Source of the DNA: an uncultured Actinomycetota bacterium
Lineage (GTDB): Bacteria > Actinomycetota > UBA4738 > HRBIN12
DNA length: 64,000 nt
Direction: 5' to 3'
NCBI GenBank assembly: GCA_963778505.1
Contig: CAVZUH010000004.1
Coordinates: 973,607-1,037,606, forward strand
Part shown: piece after piece, positions 1 to 9,102 of the stretch
Position numbering within the stretch: the first letter of the stretch is position 1
Layout: each line of letters begins with the position of its first letter
Position numbers and translations under genes: made by a program
Notes under the pieces: generated by a model
The model's input: the letters and a program-made list of their open reading frames with translations, nothing else
Told to the model about the DNA's origin: nothing
Databases searched by the model: none

Positions 1-127
1 CGACCAATCCCCGAGCGGCCTCGCGAATCTTCGTGCCGGCCCCCGAGCGCGGCGGCACGACCTCGCTCGTGACGACGAAGTCGCCCGCGTCCAGGAGCGC
101 GGCCAACCGGCCGCCCTTGAGACTCAC
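1..127 (-). CDS. methylenetetrahydrofolate reductase-like protein, first ~42 codons only (gene runs off the window)
   Basis: Minus-strand reading from GTG 127..125 gives [42 protein letters not shown]. This has the N-terminal G-F-VT-E-PP pattern of actinobacterial MTHFR. The GTG overlaps the folD stop as GTGA. Confidence 0.45.
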   Translation of the reverse strand, partial: MSLKGGRLAALLDAGDFVVTSEVVPPRSGAGTKIREAARGLV

Positions 128-991
128 GCCCCGTAGGCCTGAGTCTCGGCAGCCGTGACCGTGTTCACCAGGAGCATCGCGACCGTCATCGGGCCGACCC
201 CTCCGGGAACCGGCGTGATGGCACCCGCCACCTCGACCGCCTGCATCGAAGTGCACGTCGCCGACGAGTCCTTCGTCGGTCCGGTGGACCCCCACGTCGA
301 TCACGGTGCCGCCCGGCTTGATCATGTCGCCGGTGATGAGCCTGGGAACCCCGGCGGCGGCGACCAGGATGTCCGCCCGGCGCGTATGAGTCACGAGGTT
401 GGCGGTCTTCACGTGCGTGATCGTGACGGTCGCGTTCCCGCGGATCGAGTCCTGCGCCAGCATGATCGAGAGCGGCGCGCCGACCAGGTCGCCGTAGCCG
501 ACGACGACGACCTCTGCGCCTTCGAGGGGTATGTCGCTTCGCAGCAGCAGCTCCACGATCCCGTACGGGGTCGCCGGCTGGAACGTGGCCTCGCCGCGCA
601 CGACCATCCCGACGTTCCACGGATGGAGGCCGTCGACGTCCTTCTCCGGCGCCATCGTCCGCTGCACCTCGAGCTCGTTCAGGTGGGCGGGGAGCGGCAG
701 CTGAACGATGATCCCGTGGATCTCCGGGTCGCGGTTCAGGCGGCGGATCGTGGCGAGCATCTCGCCCGAGGTCACGTAACCGGGGAGGTTGACCTGCTCC
801 GAGTGGATGCCTACGTCCGCGCAGGCTTTGTGCTTGGCACCGACGTAGATGCGAGACGCCTGATCGTCACCCACCAGGACGGCGGCGAGACCAGGGGTGA
901 TGCCGTGGTCGGCGAGCGCCCGCACGCGCTCGGACACTTCCGAGCGTATCTGGGCGGCGACGGCTCTCCCGTCGAGGATGCGGGCGGTCAC
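124..991 (-). CDS. folD: bifunctional methylenetetrahydrofolate dehydrogenase/cyclohydrolase FolD (frame broken once in this sequence)
   Basis: GTG 991..989 opens [19 protein letters not shown]. The C-terminus reads [31 protein letters not shown], then TGA 126..124. The frame slips near 245 (GDVHFD / QAVEVAGA). The span is 868 nt (3n+1), so the intact ORF is absent from the track. Confidence 0.88.
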
Positions 992-1034
992 GGCCCCGGA
1001 TGCTATCGGCTGGTCGCGTCGGGAGAGTGGAGCC

Positions 1035-2593
1035 TCAGTGACGGAAGTGCCGGCGGCCGGTGAGCACGACGGCCATGCCTCGTTCCTCCGCTGTCTGCAG
1101 CATCGCCTCGTCGCCCTTCGATCCCCCAGGGTGGATCACGGCGGTGGCGCCGGCGTCGGCGGCGACCTCGAGCGCATCGGGGAACGGGAAGAAGGCGTCC
1201 GACGCGAGCGAGGCGCCCTTCGCGCGATCGCCCGCCTTCCGAGTCGCGATCCACGACGCGTCCACCCGGGACATCTGCCCGGCGCCGATACCGACGGTTG
1301 CGCGGTCGCGGACGAGCACGATCGTGTTCGACTTCACGCGCCAGGCGATCGTCCAGGCGAGCAGCAGGTCGCCCCATTCGTCGTCGGTCGGCTCACGCGA
1401 GGAAACCACCTCGAAGTCCTCGCGCCGCTCGGTGACGACGTCGCGGTCTTGCACGAGCGCTCCACCCGGCATCGTCCGCACATCCAGGCCGCCCGGTTCC
1501 GGGCAGCGGCGCCTCGAGCACCCGGAGGTTCTGGCGCTCGACCGAACGCGGTCAGCGCCTCCGGCTCGTAGCCCGGCGCGATCACGACCTCGGTGAAGAC
1601 GTCTCGCATCGCCTCGGCGGCCGCGCCGGTGCATCGCGCAGTCGAAGGCGACGATCCCGCCGAAGGCCGAGACCGTGTCGCACTCGAACGCTCGTCGGTA
1701 GGCCTCGTCCAGGTGGGCCGCGACGGCCACGCCGCACGGGTTGTTGTGCTTCACGATCACGCAGGCGGTCGGCTGGGAGCGCGGCCGACGAGCGAATACG
1801 CCGCGTCCGCATCGAGCCAGTTGTTGAAGGACATGTCCTTCCCCTGGAGGACGATGGCGCCCCCCGAGCGGTCCGGTAGCAAGCGACCGCCGGCATCGCG
1901 GTAGAGAGCGCCGCGCTGGTGCGGGTTCTCCCCGTAGCGGAGGTCGCCGACCTTCTCGAGCGCGAGTCCCACGAACCCCGGCAGTCGCGTCCGTGTCGCC
2001 CTTCTCGGCGAACCATCCGGCGACCGCGGCGTCGTACGCGGCGGTGTGGGCGAACGCGGCCGCGGCGAGGCGCTCGCGCGTGTCGCGTGAGAGCCCGCCG
2101 CGGCCGCGGAGCTCCTCGAGTACGTCCGCATAGCGCGACCGGGTCCACGACGACGCCCACGGACTCGAAGTTCTTCGCGGCGGCGCGGACCATCGCGGGC
2201 CCGCCGATGTCGATCTTCTCGATCACGTCGTCCACGCCGGCGCCGGACGCAACCGTCTCCCGGAACGGGTAGAGGTTGACGACGACGAGGTCGAACGGCT
2301 CGATCCCGTGCTCGGTCAGCTGGGCCAGGTGCTCGGGCTTGCGGCTGTCGGCCAGCAACCCGCCGTGGATCCGCGGATGCAGCGTCTTCACCCGCCCGTC
2401 GAGCATCTCGGGGAAGCCGGTCACCTCCTCGACGGGCGTGACCTCCAACCCTGCGTCGCGAAGAGTGGCCGCGGTCCCGCCCGACGACACGAGCGAGACA
2501 CCCAGCTCGGCGAGGCCCTGGGCCAGCTCGACCACGCCGCGCCTTGTCGTAGACGGCGAGCAGGGCTCGGCGCACCTCGCGAACGTCCGTCAC
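1035..2593 (-). CDS. purH: bifunctional AICAR transformylase / IMP cyclohydrolase PurH (several frame breaks)
   Basis: Merged from fragments 1035..1760, 1582..2535 and part of 1757..3184. Recognisable pieces: [68 protein letters not shown] and RRHFRH-stop. Start is GTG 2593..2591. Confidence 0.9.
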
Positions 2594-3203
2594 GTCGACT
2601 CCCCGTCGATCGTCACCTTCCGGCCGTCGAGCCGGAGGCGTCCCTCGACCAACGCCGCGGTGGCCGCCGGGAGCAGACGGTGCTCGACCTCGTGCACGCG
2701 CGCCTCCAGCGAGTCCCAGTCGTCGTCGTCGACGCACCTCGATGGCTTCCTGCAGGACGACGGGCCCCGTATCCGTCCCCTCGTCGACGAGGAACACGGT
2801 CACCCCGGTCACCTTCACGCCGTAGGCGAGAGCGTCGGCGACACCGTGCATCCCGGGGAACGCCGGGAGGAGCGACGGATGCACGTTCAGCCAGCGGCCG
2901 CGCGTAGGCATCGAGCACCGCCGGAGCCGAGCAGTCGCATGTACCCGGCGGTCACGACGACGTCGATCCCCCGATCGCGGAGGAGATCCGCCACGGCCCG
3001 GTCGAACGCCTCTCGTCCGTCGAAGTCCTTCGGCTCGAGCACGGCCGACTCGACGCCGTGCGACTCCGCCCGTTCCAGCGCCTTCACCGCCGGGACGGTC
3101 CGAGAGCACGAGGGCGATCCGGGGACCGCAGACAGGGTGGTCGAGGAGGGCCTGCAGGTTCGTCCCGGAGCCGGACACGAGCACCGCGATCCGCTCCCCC
3201 CAT
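2590..3203 (-). CDS. purN: phosphoribosylglycinamide formyltransferase PurN (several frame breaks)
   Basis: ATG 3203..3201 opens [20 protein letters not shown]. The middle ([13 protein letters not shown]...[12 protein letters not shown]) is in another frame. [16 protein letters not shown] follows. The tail [21 protein letters not shown]...KVTIDGEST ends at TGA 2592..2590, overlapping the purH GTG. Confidence 0.88.
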
Positions 3204-3342
3204 CGGACGTGGCCACGCTACCAGAGGCGCCGCCTCGCCCAGCCGTACGCTATCGGGGTGGAAGGCTGAGGAACGGGCTCACGGGACGCCCCGAACGCGC
3301 CCCGGGCCGCGGACGCGACGGCGCCGCGGGCGGACGGACGAC

Positions 3343-3943
3343 GTGCCTGCTCGCGCGGATGGAAGCGAAGCGCCGGCTCACGAGCGATGCATCCATCACC
3401 CGAGCAGAGCGGCGGTCGCCCTCTGCAGCTCGTGTGAGGAGCCCGTCTGTCTCTCGTGCGCGGTGCCGGTCCGGGGCCGTGTGCTCGGTCCCGAGTGCCT
3501 CGCCCGAGCTGGGCGATCCCGCGCTCACCACGCCGCCCGAGCCCGACCGAGCGATCACCGGGTCGCGGACGGCCGTCGCCGGCGCCGTCGTGGCTCTTCT
3601 CGCCACGGCGGCCCCTGGACGAGGACGGGCGCCGGCGACCGCCTGCTCGGTGCGTGGGTCCCGAGCCTCCGGTGGTCGATGGTCGCCGCGGTGGCGGCGA
3701 TCGCTCTGCTTCGCGGCGGCGTGGTGGTTCCGCGCACACGGCTCCCTCGCCGGCGCGACCCTCGTGATCGCTCGGAGGCATCGACGGTCGTCTCGGCCTC
3801 GGCGCTCGCGATCGCGTTCCCACCGACGTTCCAGGCGGCCTCGTGGGGCCCGTGGGTGGCGGCGGTCGGCGGTGCGATCGCCGTGTCCGGCGCGATCGCG
3901 AACATCTGTCGTGGAACGGTATCCCGGGCAGGGTGTTTGACTC
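3343..3943 (+). CDS. hypothetical membrane protein with N-terminal Cys-rich zinc-ribbon/B-box-like motif (frameshifted; ends uncertain)
   Basis: From GTG 3343 the reading is ERCIHHPSRAAVALCSSCEEPVCLSCAVPVRGRVLGPECL (CxxHP..C..C...C..C). Hydrophobic segments follow (TAVAGAVVALLATAAP, WSMVAAVAAIALL, WGPWVAAVGGAIAVSGAIANI), spread over two frames of ORFs 3058..4371 and 2276..3940. Confidence 0.4.
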
Positions 3944-4021
3944 GGGCACCGGGTCGCCTCTTGGATATCGCGAGAGAAGCACCCGGCCGCGCGAGCGCGC
4001 GGCGGTTGAAAGGAGCGATGC

Positions 4022-4604
4022 ATGGAAGGTTCTGGCTCGTCCGGCTTCGACATGTCGAAGATGTCGACCGCCGAGAAACTCCTGGCGGGAGGCAGCATCC
4101 TGCTCCTGATCGACAGCTTCTTCCCCTGGCAGTCTGCGTCGATCTCGGCGGACTCGAGGACCTGATCGAGCGGCATCGACAACTCCATCAACATGTGGCA
4201 GGGAAGCGGCAGTATCTTCGGGGTCCTCGCCGGGCTCCTCGCGATCGCGCTCGTCGTCGCCGGTGTGCTCTCGATGACCGGCTCGATGGCGAGCATGAAC
4301 ATGGGGCTCGATGTCAGCCGACAAGGTCGTCGGCTTCCTCGGCCTCGGAGTGGCGGCGTTCGGGCTCTTGAAGTTCATCCTCGTCGTGACGAACTCGCCG
4401 GGTTGGGCAGCTTTCGTCGGTCTCGTGCTGCTGGTCGCGATCGGGTACGGCGCCTGGCAGAAGGTGCAGTCGAGCGGCGGCTTCCAGATGGGCGGCACCG
4501 GTGGCGGGACTATGGGCGGAGGCACGCCTCCCCCCAGCAGCCCACCGCCGAGCGCGCCGCCGCCGAGCGGAGGGATGCCACCGTCCGGCTCCACGGACAT
4601 GTGA
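4022..4604 (+). CDS. hypothetical membrane protein with Gly/Pro-rich C-terminal tail (in-frame TGA at 4163 and one frame break near 4310)
   Basis: AGGAG lies 7 nt upstream of ATG 4022. The reading is MEGSGSSGFDMSKMSTAEKLLAGGSILLLIDSFFPWQ..., then (same frame) NMWQGSGSIFGVLAGLLAIALVVAGVL. It then shifts into ORF 4311..4604 (VVGFLGLGVAAFGLLKFILVV...GGTGGGTMGGGTPPPSSPPPSAPPPSGG). A strong terminator follows. Confidence 0.55.
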
Positions 4605-4629
4605 GCTGACCCACACGCACTCTCGAAAG

Positions 4630-4668
4630 GGCGGGCCCGCTCGAGCGCGGGCCCGCCTCTTCCGTTTT
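4630..4668 (+). terminator. rho-independent terminator after the 4022..4604 gene
   Basis: An 11-bp perfect GC stem pairs 4630..4640 (GGCGGGCCCGC) with 4647..4657 (GCGGGCCCGCC). The loop is 6 nt. The T-rich tract TCTTCCGTTTT follows. Confidence 0.75.
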
Positions 4669-4706
4669 CGGGGTAGCCTTTCGACCTCACCATCGGAAGG
4701 GCGACC

Positions 4707-5391
4707 GTGAAGAAGTGCCCCTATTGCGCCGAAGAGATCCAGGACGATGCGATCAAGTGCCGTTACTGCTTCAGCGACCTTCGGAGCGGCGCCGACACCG
4801 CGATGCAGCAACGGCCCGAGCCGACCGCCCAAGGCCACCGAGTCACCCGCCGTGGGCGAGGCACCGGCCGGATCGACCGCTTCTGCGGCACCGATGAGCT
4901 CCCCGGCCGAGCCTCCGGCCTCCGTGCAGTACACCCACTCGGGCTTCCGCTACGTGCTCGGCTACGGCGCGGAGAGCTTCGGCATCTGGGACCGGCAGTC
5001 GCCCGGCGGTCCGGTCGAGACCTTCCCGCGCACCGACGACGGTTGGCGGAGCGCTGGATCCGGTTCGTGGGCCTCGAGCCCAACCACGTGCCGGTCGGAC
5101 CAGCGGGTCAGCAACCTGACGCGTCACCGACGGGTCCACGAGAGCACCCCGGCAGCGTCGCTCCCGCGCCCGACCCCTCCGACGACCAGGTTCTCCAGTA
5201 CACGCATTCGGGCTCGACGTTACCTGCTGGGCTACGGGCGAACGTTCTTCGGGATCTGGCAGCGGAGCGATCCCTCCCGGCCGCTCGAGCGGTTCCCGCG
5301 TGACGACGCCGGATGGGCAGCCGCGTGGCGTCGTTTCACGACGATCGAGTCGAACTACGCCGAGGTCGGCCTCGGCAGCTCGGGCTCGTAA
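4707..5391 (+). CDS. zinc-ribbon protein with two tandem ~59-aa repeats (three frame breaks)
   Basis: GTG 4707 opens [25 protein letters not shown] (CxxC-N10-CxxC). A Pro/Ala linker follows, then repeat 1 ([59 protein letters not shown]). Repeat 2 is [59 protein letters not shown]. The reading alternates between the frames of ORFs 4707..5303 and 4747..5391. Confidence 0.6.
4924..5370 (+). repeat. intragenic tandem duplication (repeat 1 at 4924..5099, repeat 2 at 5193..5370)
   Basis: The two units share the pattern QYTHSG-RY-LGYG---FGIW-R--P--P-E-FPR-D-GW--AW-RF---E-N---VG. Confidence 0.7.
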
Positions 5392-6542
5392 CGCCGCCCG
5401 GCCAGCCAGCCCCCCACGGCGCCCCCGGCGGCTCCCCAGGCCAGGGCCGTGACCACGGACCGACGCCCATTCGGGATGCATCGAGACCTGCGGGACGGGG
5501 ACGAGGGGCGAACAAGCCCGGGAGCGGCGAACCAACCCCCGAGCGATCGCGAGCAGCGCGAAGATGAACCCGGCGCCGACCCCGGCACCCGCGGCTCGCC
5601 TGCCGACGACGGCCGCGCCGGTCACGGCTCGCCAGCCACCGAGCACTGCGGCGACGAATGGCACGACGCTCAGGACCCAGAGCCAAGGGGACAACGAGAG
5701 CGGACGACGGAAGGAAGAGATCGCCCGCAGGTCCCGATGCAACGAGGCGCCACGGGCAGAGATCGAGTATCGGGCCTTCTCCGATGATCTCCAGGCAGGA
5801 ACCCGAGGCCGGCGCGAGCAACAGGGCGCTCTGTGCCGGGATCGCCAGCACGTGGTACGCCGAAGAGCACTCCACCACCGGCACCCAGGCCGGCTCAAGC
5901 CGTCCACGTAGTCGCGGGTCACGGTTGGTTCGAGCGTCGCGACCACGAAGCACGCCCACGGCGAGGAGCCCGAGCGCCCAGCCGTACGCGGCCAGACCCC
6001 CTCGGAGCACCGCCGCCGATGTCCCGCCCCGGGCAGCCTCCAGGTACGCGCCGGTGCCGGCGCCCGCCGCGGCCAGAACCCCCGCCCAGAGTGCCGCGGT
6101 CGACACGTCGACCCGAAGCCGGAGTCCGAGAGTCGGGAAGGAAGAGGTGCACGAGGGCCGAACAGGCCGCGGAGAGGAAGGCAACCGGCACGCCGACGCC
6201 GGCCGCCGCGAGACGCGGACGCGAGGAGCGGTGACCGATCCGGCCTCGTCCGCGCGGCGCGGCGGCCGGCGCGCGCCGCGAGCCAGAGGAACCCGATCGT
6301 GAGCAGCCATCGGGACGAAGTGCGCAGCGGACGGTCATCTGGTCGGCCGCGGTCTGGAGGATCGGAGGGTCCTGCACCGTCGCGACCACGTCGGCCCGGA
6401 GCGACAGAAGAGCCGTGAGGAGACCGACCTTCACCCACGACCAGAGCCCGAACGTCCCGACGAGGAGGAACTGCGCCACCGCGAGCAGCTGACGACAGCG
6501 TACCAGGACGAGGAACGCCACCGTGCCCCCCGGAAGCGGCAC
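5355..6542 (-). CDS. hypothetical polytopic integral membrane protein (heavily frameshifted; boundaries approximate)
   Basis: The N-terminus from ORF 5919..6542 is MPLPGGTVAFLVLVRCRQLLAVAQFLLVGTFGLWSWVKVGLLTALL. Further hydrophobic stretches are scattered over three frames: WLLTIGFLWLAARA, VDVSTAALWAGVLAAAGAGTGAYL, GLAAYGWALGLLAVGVL, LSPWLWVLSVVPFVAAVLGGW, GVGAGFIFALLAIARGL, VVTALAWGAAGGAVGGWLAG. Confidence 0.35.
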
Positions 6543-6603
6543 TCCCCGACCGCCCTCCCGGCCCCCGCGAGCGCCCCCGAGCGGCCCGGGAACGCGTCGT
6601 CCG

Positions 6604-7474
6604 TCACCCCAGGCGCTCCGCGACCAGATCCGCCACCTGGGACGGGTTCCTCCCGACCGCGGCCCCGACGGCCTCGAGTGCCTCGGCCTTCGCCGCCGCC
6701 GTGCCGCTCGATCCGGTCACGATCGCGCCCGCGTGGCCCATCCGCTTGCCCGGCGGCGCCTCGAAGCCCGCGATGTAGCCGACGACCGGCTTGGTCACTC
6801 GCTCGGCGATGAACGCCGCGGCTCGCTCCTCGTCGTCGCCACCGATCTCACCGGTCAGCACGATCAGCTCGGTCTCCGCATCGGCCTGGAAGAGCTCGAG
6901 CGCCTCGACGAAGCCGATGCCGTGCACGGGATCGCCGCCCATCCCCACGCACGTGGACTGGCCGATGCCGCGCTGCGTGAGCTCGTGGACGATCTGATAC
7001 ACGAGGGTGCCGCTCCTCGACACGAGTCCGACGTTGCCCGGAGCGCAGATCTCGCCCGGGATGATCCCGACGTTGGCAGCGCCCGGCGAGATCACTCCCG
7101 GGCAGTTCGGCCCGACCAGCCTCGTCTTCGATGCCTCGAGGTAGCTGTGGACGTTCGCCATGTCGCGGACCGGGATGCCCTCGGTGATGCAGACGACCAG
7201 ACCGACGCCCGCGTCGGCCGCCTCCAGGATCGCCTCCGCCGCGAAGCGCGGCGGAACGAAGATCATCGAGGTGTCGGCGCCCGTCTCGGCCACGGCTCGT
7301 GCGACCGTGTCGAAGACGGGGATCCCCTCGACGTCCTGCCCGCCCTTGCCCGGGGTGACGCCGGCCACGACGTTCGTGCCGTAGTCGCGGTTCCGCAGGG
7401 TGTGGAACGTCCCTTCGTTCCCGGTGATGCCCTGGACCACGCAGGCTCGTCCGCTCGTCGACGAGGATGCTCAC
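6604..7474 (-). CDS. sucD: succinate--CoA ligase subunit alpha (one frame break near the 5' end)
   Basis: ORF 6604..7440 gives [12 protein letters not shown]...[10 protein letters not shown]...SRSGTLVYQ...GMGGDP...MGHAGAIV. The true N-terminus [10 protein letters not shown] starts at GTG 7474..7472 in another frame. The span is 871 nt (3n+1). Confidence 0.93.
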
Positions 7475-8619
7475 GGGGCAGCCGCCGCGAGATCCGCAGC
7501 CTCCTCGGCCGCCTGGAGCATGTTCGCGGCGGGAACGATGCTGTGGATGCGCAGCCTCCGAGAGGATCCGCCGGCCGTCCTCGGCGTTCGTGCCGTCGAG
7601 CCGCACCACGATCGGGACGCGGGCTTCGACCCGCTCCAACGCCTCGAGGATGCCCTGCGCCACGAGGTCGCATCGCGTGATCCCTCCGAAGATGTTCACG
7701 AGCACGACCTTCACGGCCGGGTCCGAGAGCACGACCTCGAACGAGGTCGCCATCTGATCGGCCGACGCACCGCCTCCGACGTCGAGGAAGTTCGCGGCGC
7801 GGGCGCCCGCCTGCGCCACGACGTCGAGCGTCGACATCACGAGCCCGGCACCGTTGCCGATGATGCCCACCTCTCCGTCGAGCTTCACGTACTGGAGGCC
7901 CTTCTCCTTCGCGCGCGCCTCCACCTCGTCGATCGGGAACTGCTCCGCAAGCTCCGCGATGTCCGGATGACGCCACAGGGCGTTGTCGTCGATCGTCACC
8001 TTCGCGTCGAGCGCCACGACCCGATCGTCGTCGAGAAGGACGAGCGGGTTCACCTCGACGAGGGTCGCGTCGCGCTCGACGAGCGAGCTCGTACATCTTC
8101 CGGAGCGCGTCGACCCGCTCCCTCCCAGGCCTCGACCGGAAGCGTCCCGATCGAGCTCGCGCACGTGATAGGCGCGGAGCCCGAGCATCGGGTCGATGTG
8201 CACGCGCCGGAGCGCTTCGGGTCGCGTGCGGGCGAGCTCCTCGATGTCCATCGCCGCCCTCTGCCGTCATCATCGCGAGGTAGTCGCCCCGGGAGCGGTC
8301 CAGCAGGAGCGACGTGTAGAACTCCCGCGCGATCGGCAGCAGCTCCTCGACGAGGACGCGCGTCACGGCGAAGCCCTTGAATCGCGGTGCCGAGCATCCG
8401 GTCGGCGGCCGCGGCGGCGGCCTCCGGCGTGTCGCAGAGCTCCACCCCGCCACCCTTGCCGCGGCCCCCGACCTGCACCTGGATCTTCACGACCGAACGC
8501 CCGCCGAGCTCGCGCGTCGCCGAGGCGGCATCGTCGCCGCTGGATGCGACGATGCCTCGCGGCGTCTGCATGCCATGGGCGCGGAACAGGTCCTTGCCCA
8601 TGTGCTCGTAGAGATCCAC
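7471..8619 (-). CDS. sucC: ADP-forming succinate--CoA ligase subunit beta (several frame breaks)
   Basis: Merged from three fragments: 8050..8619 ([22 protein letters not shown]), 7263..8453 ([40 protein letters not shown]) and 6848..8251 (VNPLVLL...[15 protein letters not shown]...[10 protein letters not shown]). The stop TGA 7473..7471 overlaps the sucD GTG. Confidence 0.92.
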
Positions 8620-8629
8620 GAGCTCCCGC

Positions 8630-9032
8630 TCAGGCCTTCGCGCTCAACCGATCGCGGAGCCAGGACGCGATGTCTCGCCGTGTTCGCTCCGGGGGTGAAG
8701 ACCTCCTCGATCCCGGCCTCCTTCAGCTTGGGGATGTCGTCCGCGGGGATGACGCCGCCGGCCACGACCACGACATCGTCGGCCCCGCGGGCGCGGAGCT
8801 CCTTCACGACCTTGGGGAACAGGGTCATGTGCGCGCCGGAGTGGCAGGAGAGCCCGACGGCGTCCGCGTCCTCCTGGATCGCGGCCTCGGCGATCTGCTC
8901 GGGCGTCTGGAAGAGGCCGGTGTAGATCACCTCGAAGCCGGCGTCGCGAAGCGCCCGGGCGACGACCTTGGCGCCGCGATCGTGCCCGTCGAGACCCGGC
9001 TTCGCGACGATCACCCGCAGCTTCTCGGCCAT
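8630..9032 (-). CDS. stand-alone cobalamin(B12)-binding domain protein, methylmalonyl-CoA-mutase small-subunit type (one frame break near the 3' end)
   Basis: ORF 8487..9032 reads [51 protein letters not shown]...[18 protein letters not shown] (DxHxxG B12 motif). The corrected tail [14 protein letters not shown] ends at TGA 8632..8630, 10 nt upstream of the sucC start. Confidence 0.8.
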
Positions 9033-9102
9033 GGCGACGAGTCTATCGACGATCCCCCCGTCGGCTTGCCCGGCGGCGACCGGAGCGGCAGAGGATAGGC
9101 GC

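Noticed and set aside
155-1063. Long plus-strand ORF (302 aa) and similar long ORFs antisense to conserved genes. Examples are 6523..7680, 7400..8380, 20104..21456, 21258..22586, 32014..33552, 52497..53855, 57126..58322 and 58548..60173.
   Set aside because: They lie opposite clearly conserved genes (folD, sucCD, cysC/phosphodiesterase, alr, r-proteins, tuf, fusA). Their translations are Arg/Pro/Gly/Asp-rich with no recognisable motifs. This is typical of shadow ORFs in stop-poor GC-rich DNA.
4163-4165. The in-frame TGA read as selenocysteine or another recoding event.
   Set aside because: No Cys-type redox context or obvious downstream SECIS-like hairpin is present. The sequence is in a heavily indel-damaged block. 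An alternative local frame gives a more protein-like peptide.
9033-9102. A cobalamin riboswitch upstream of the B12-binding subunit gene.
   Set aside because: The 70-nt divergent spacer is too short, and I see no B12-box-like sequence.
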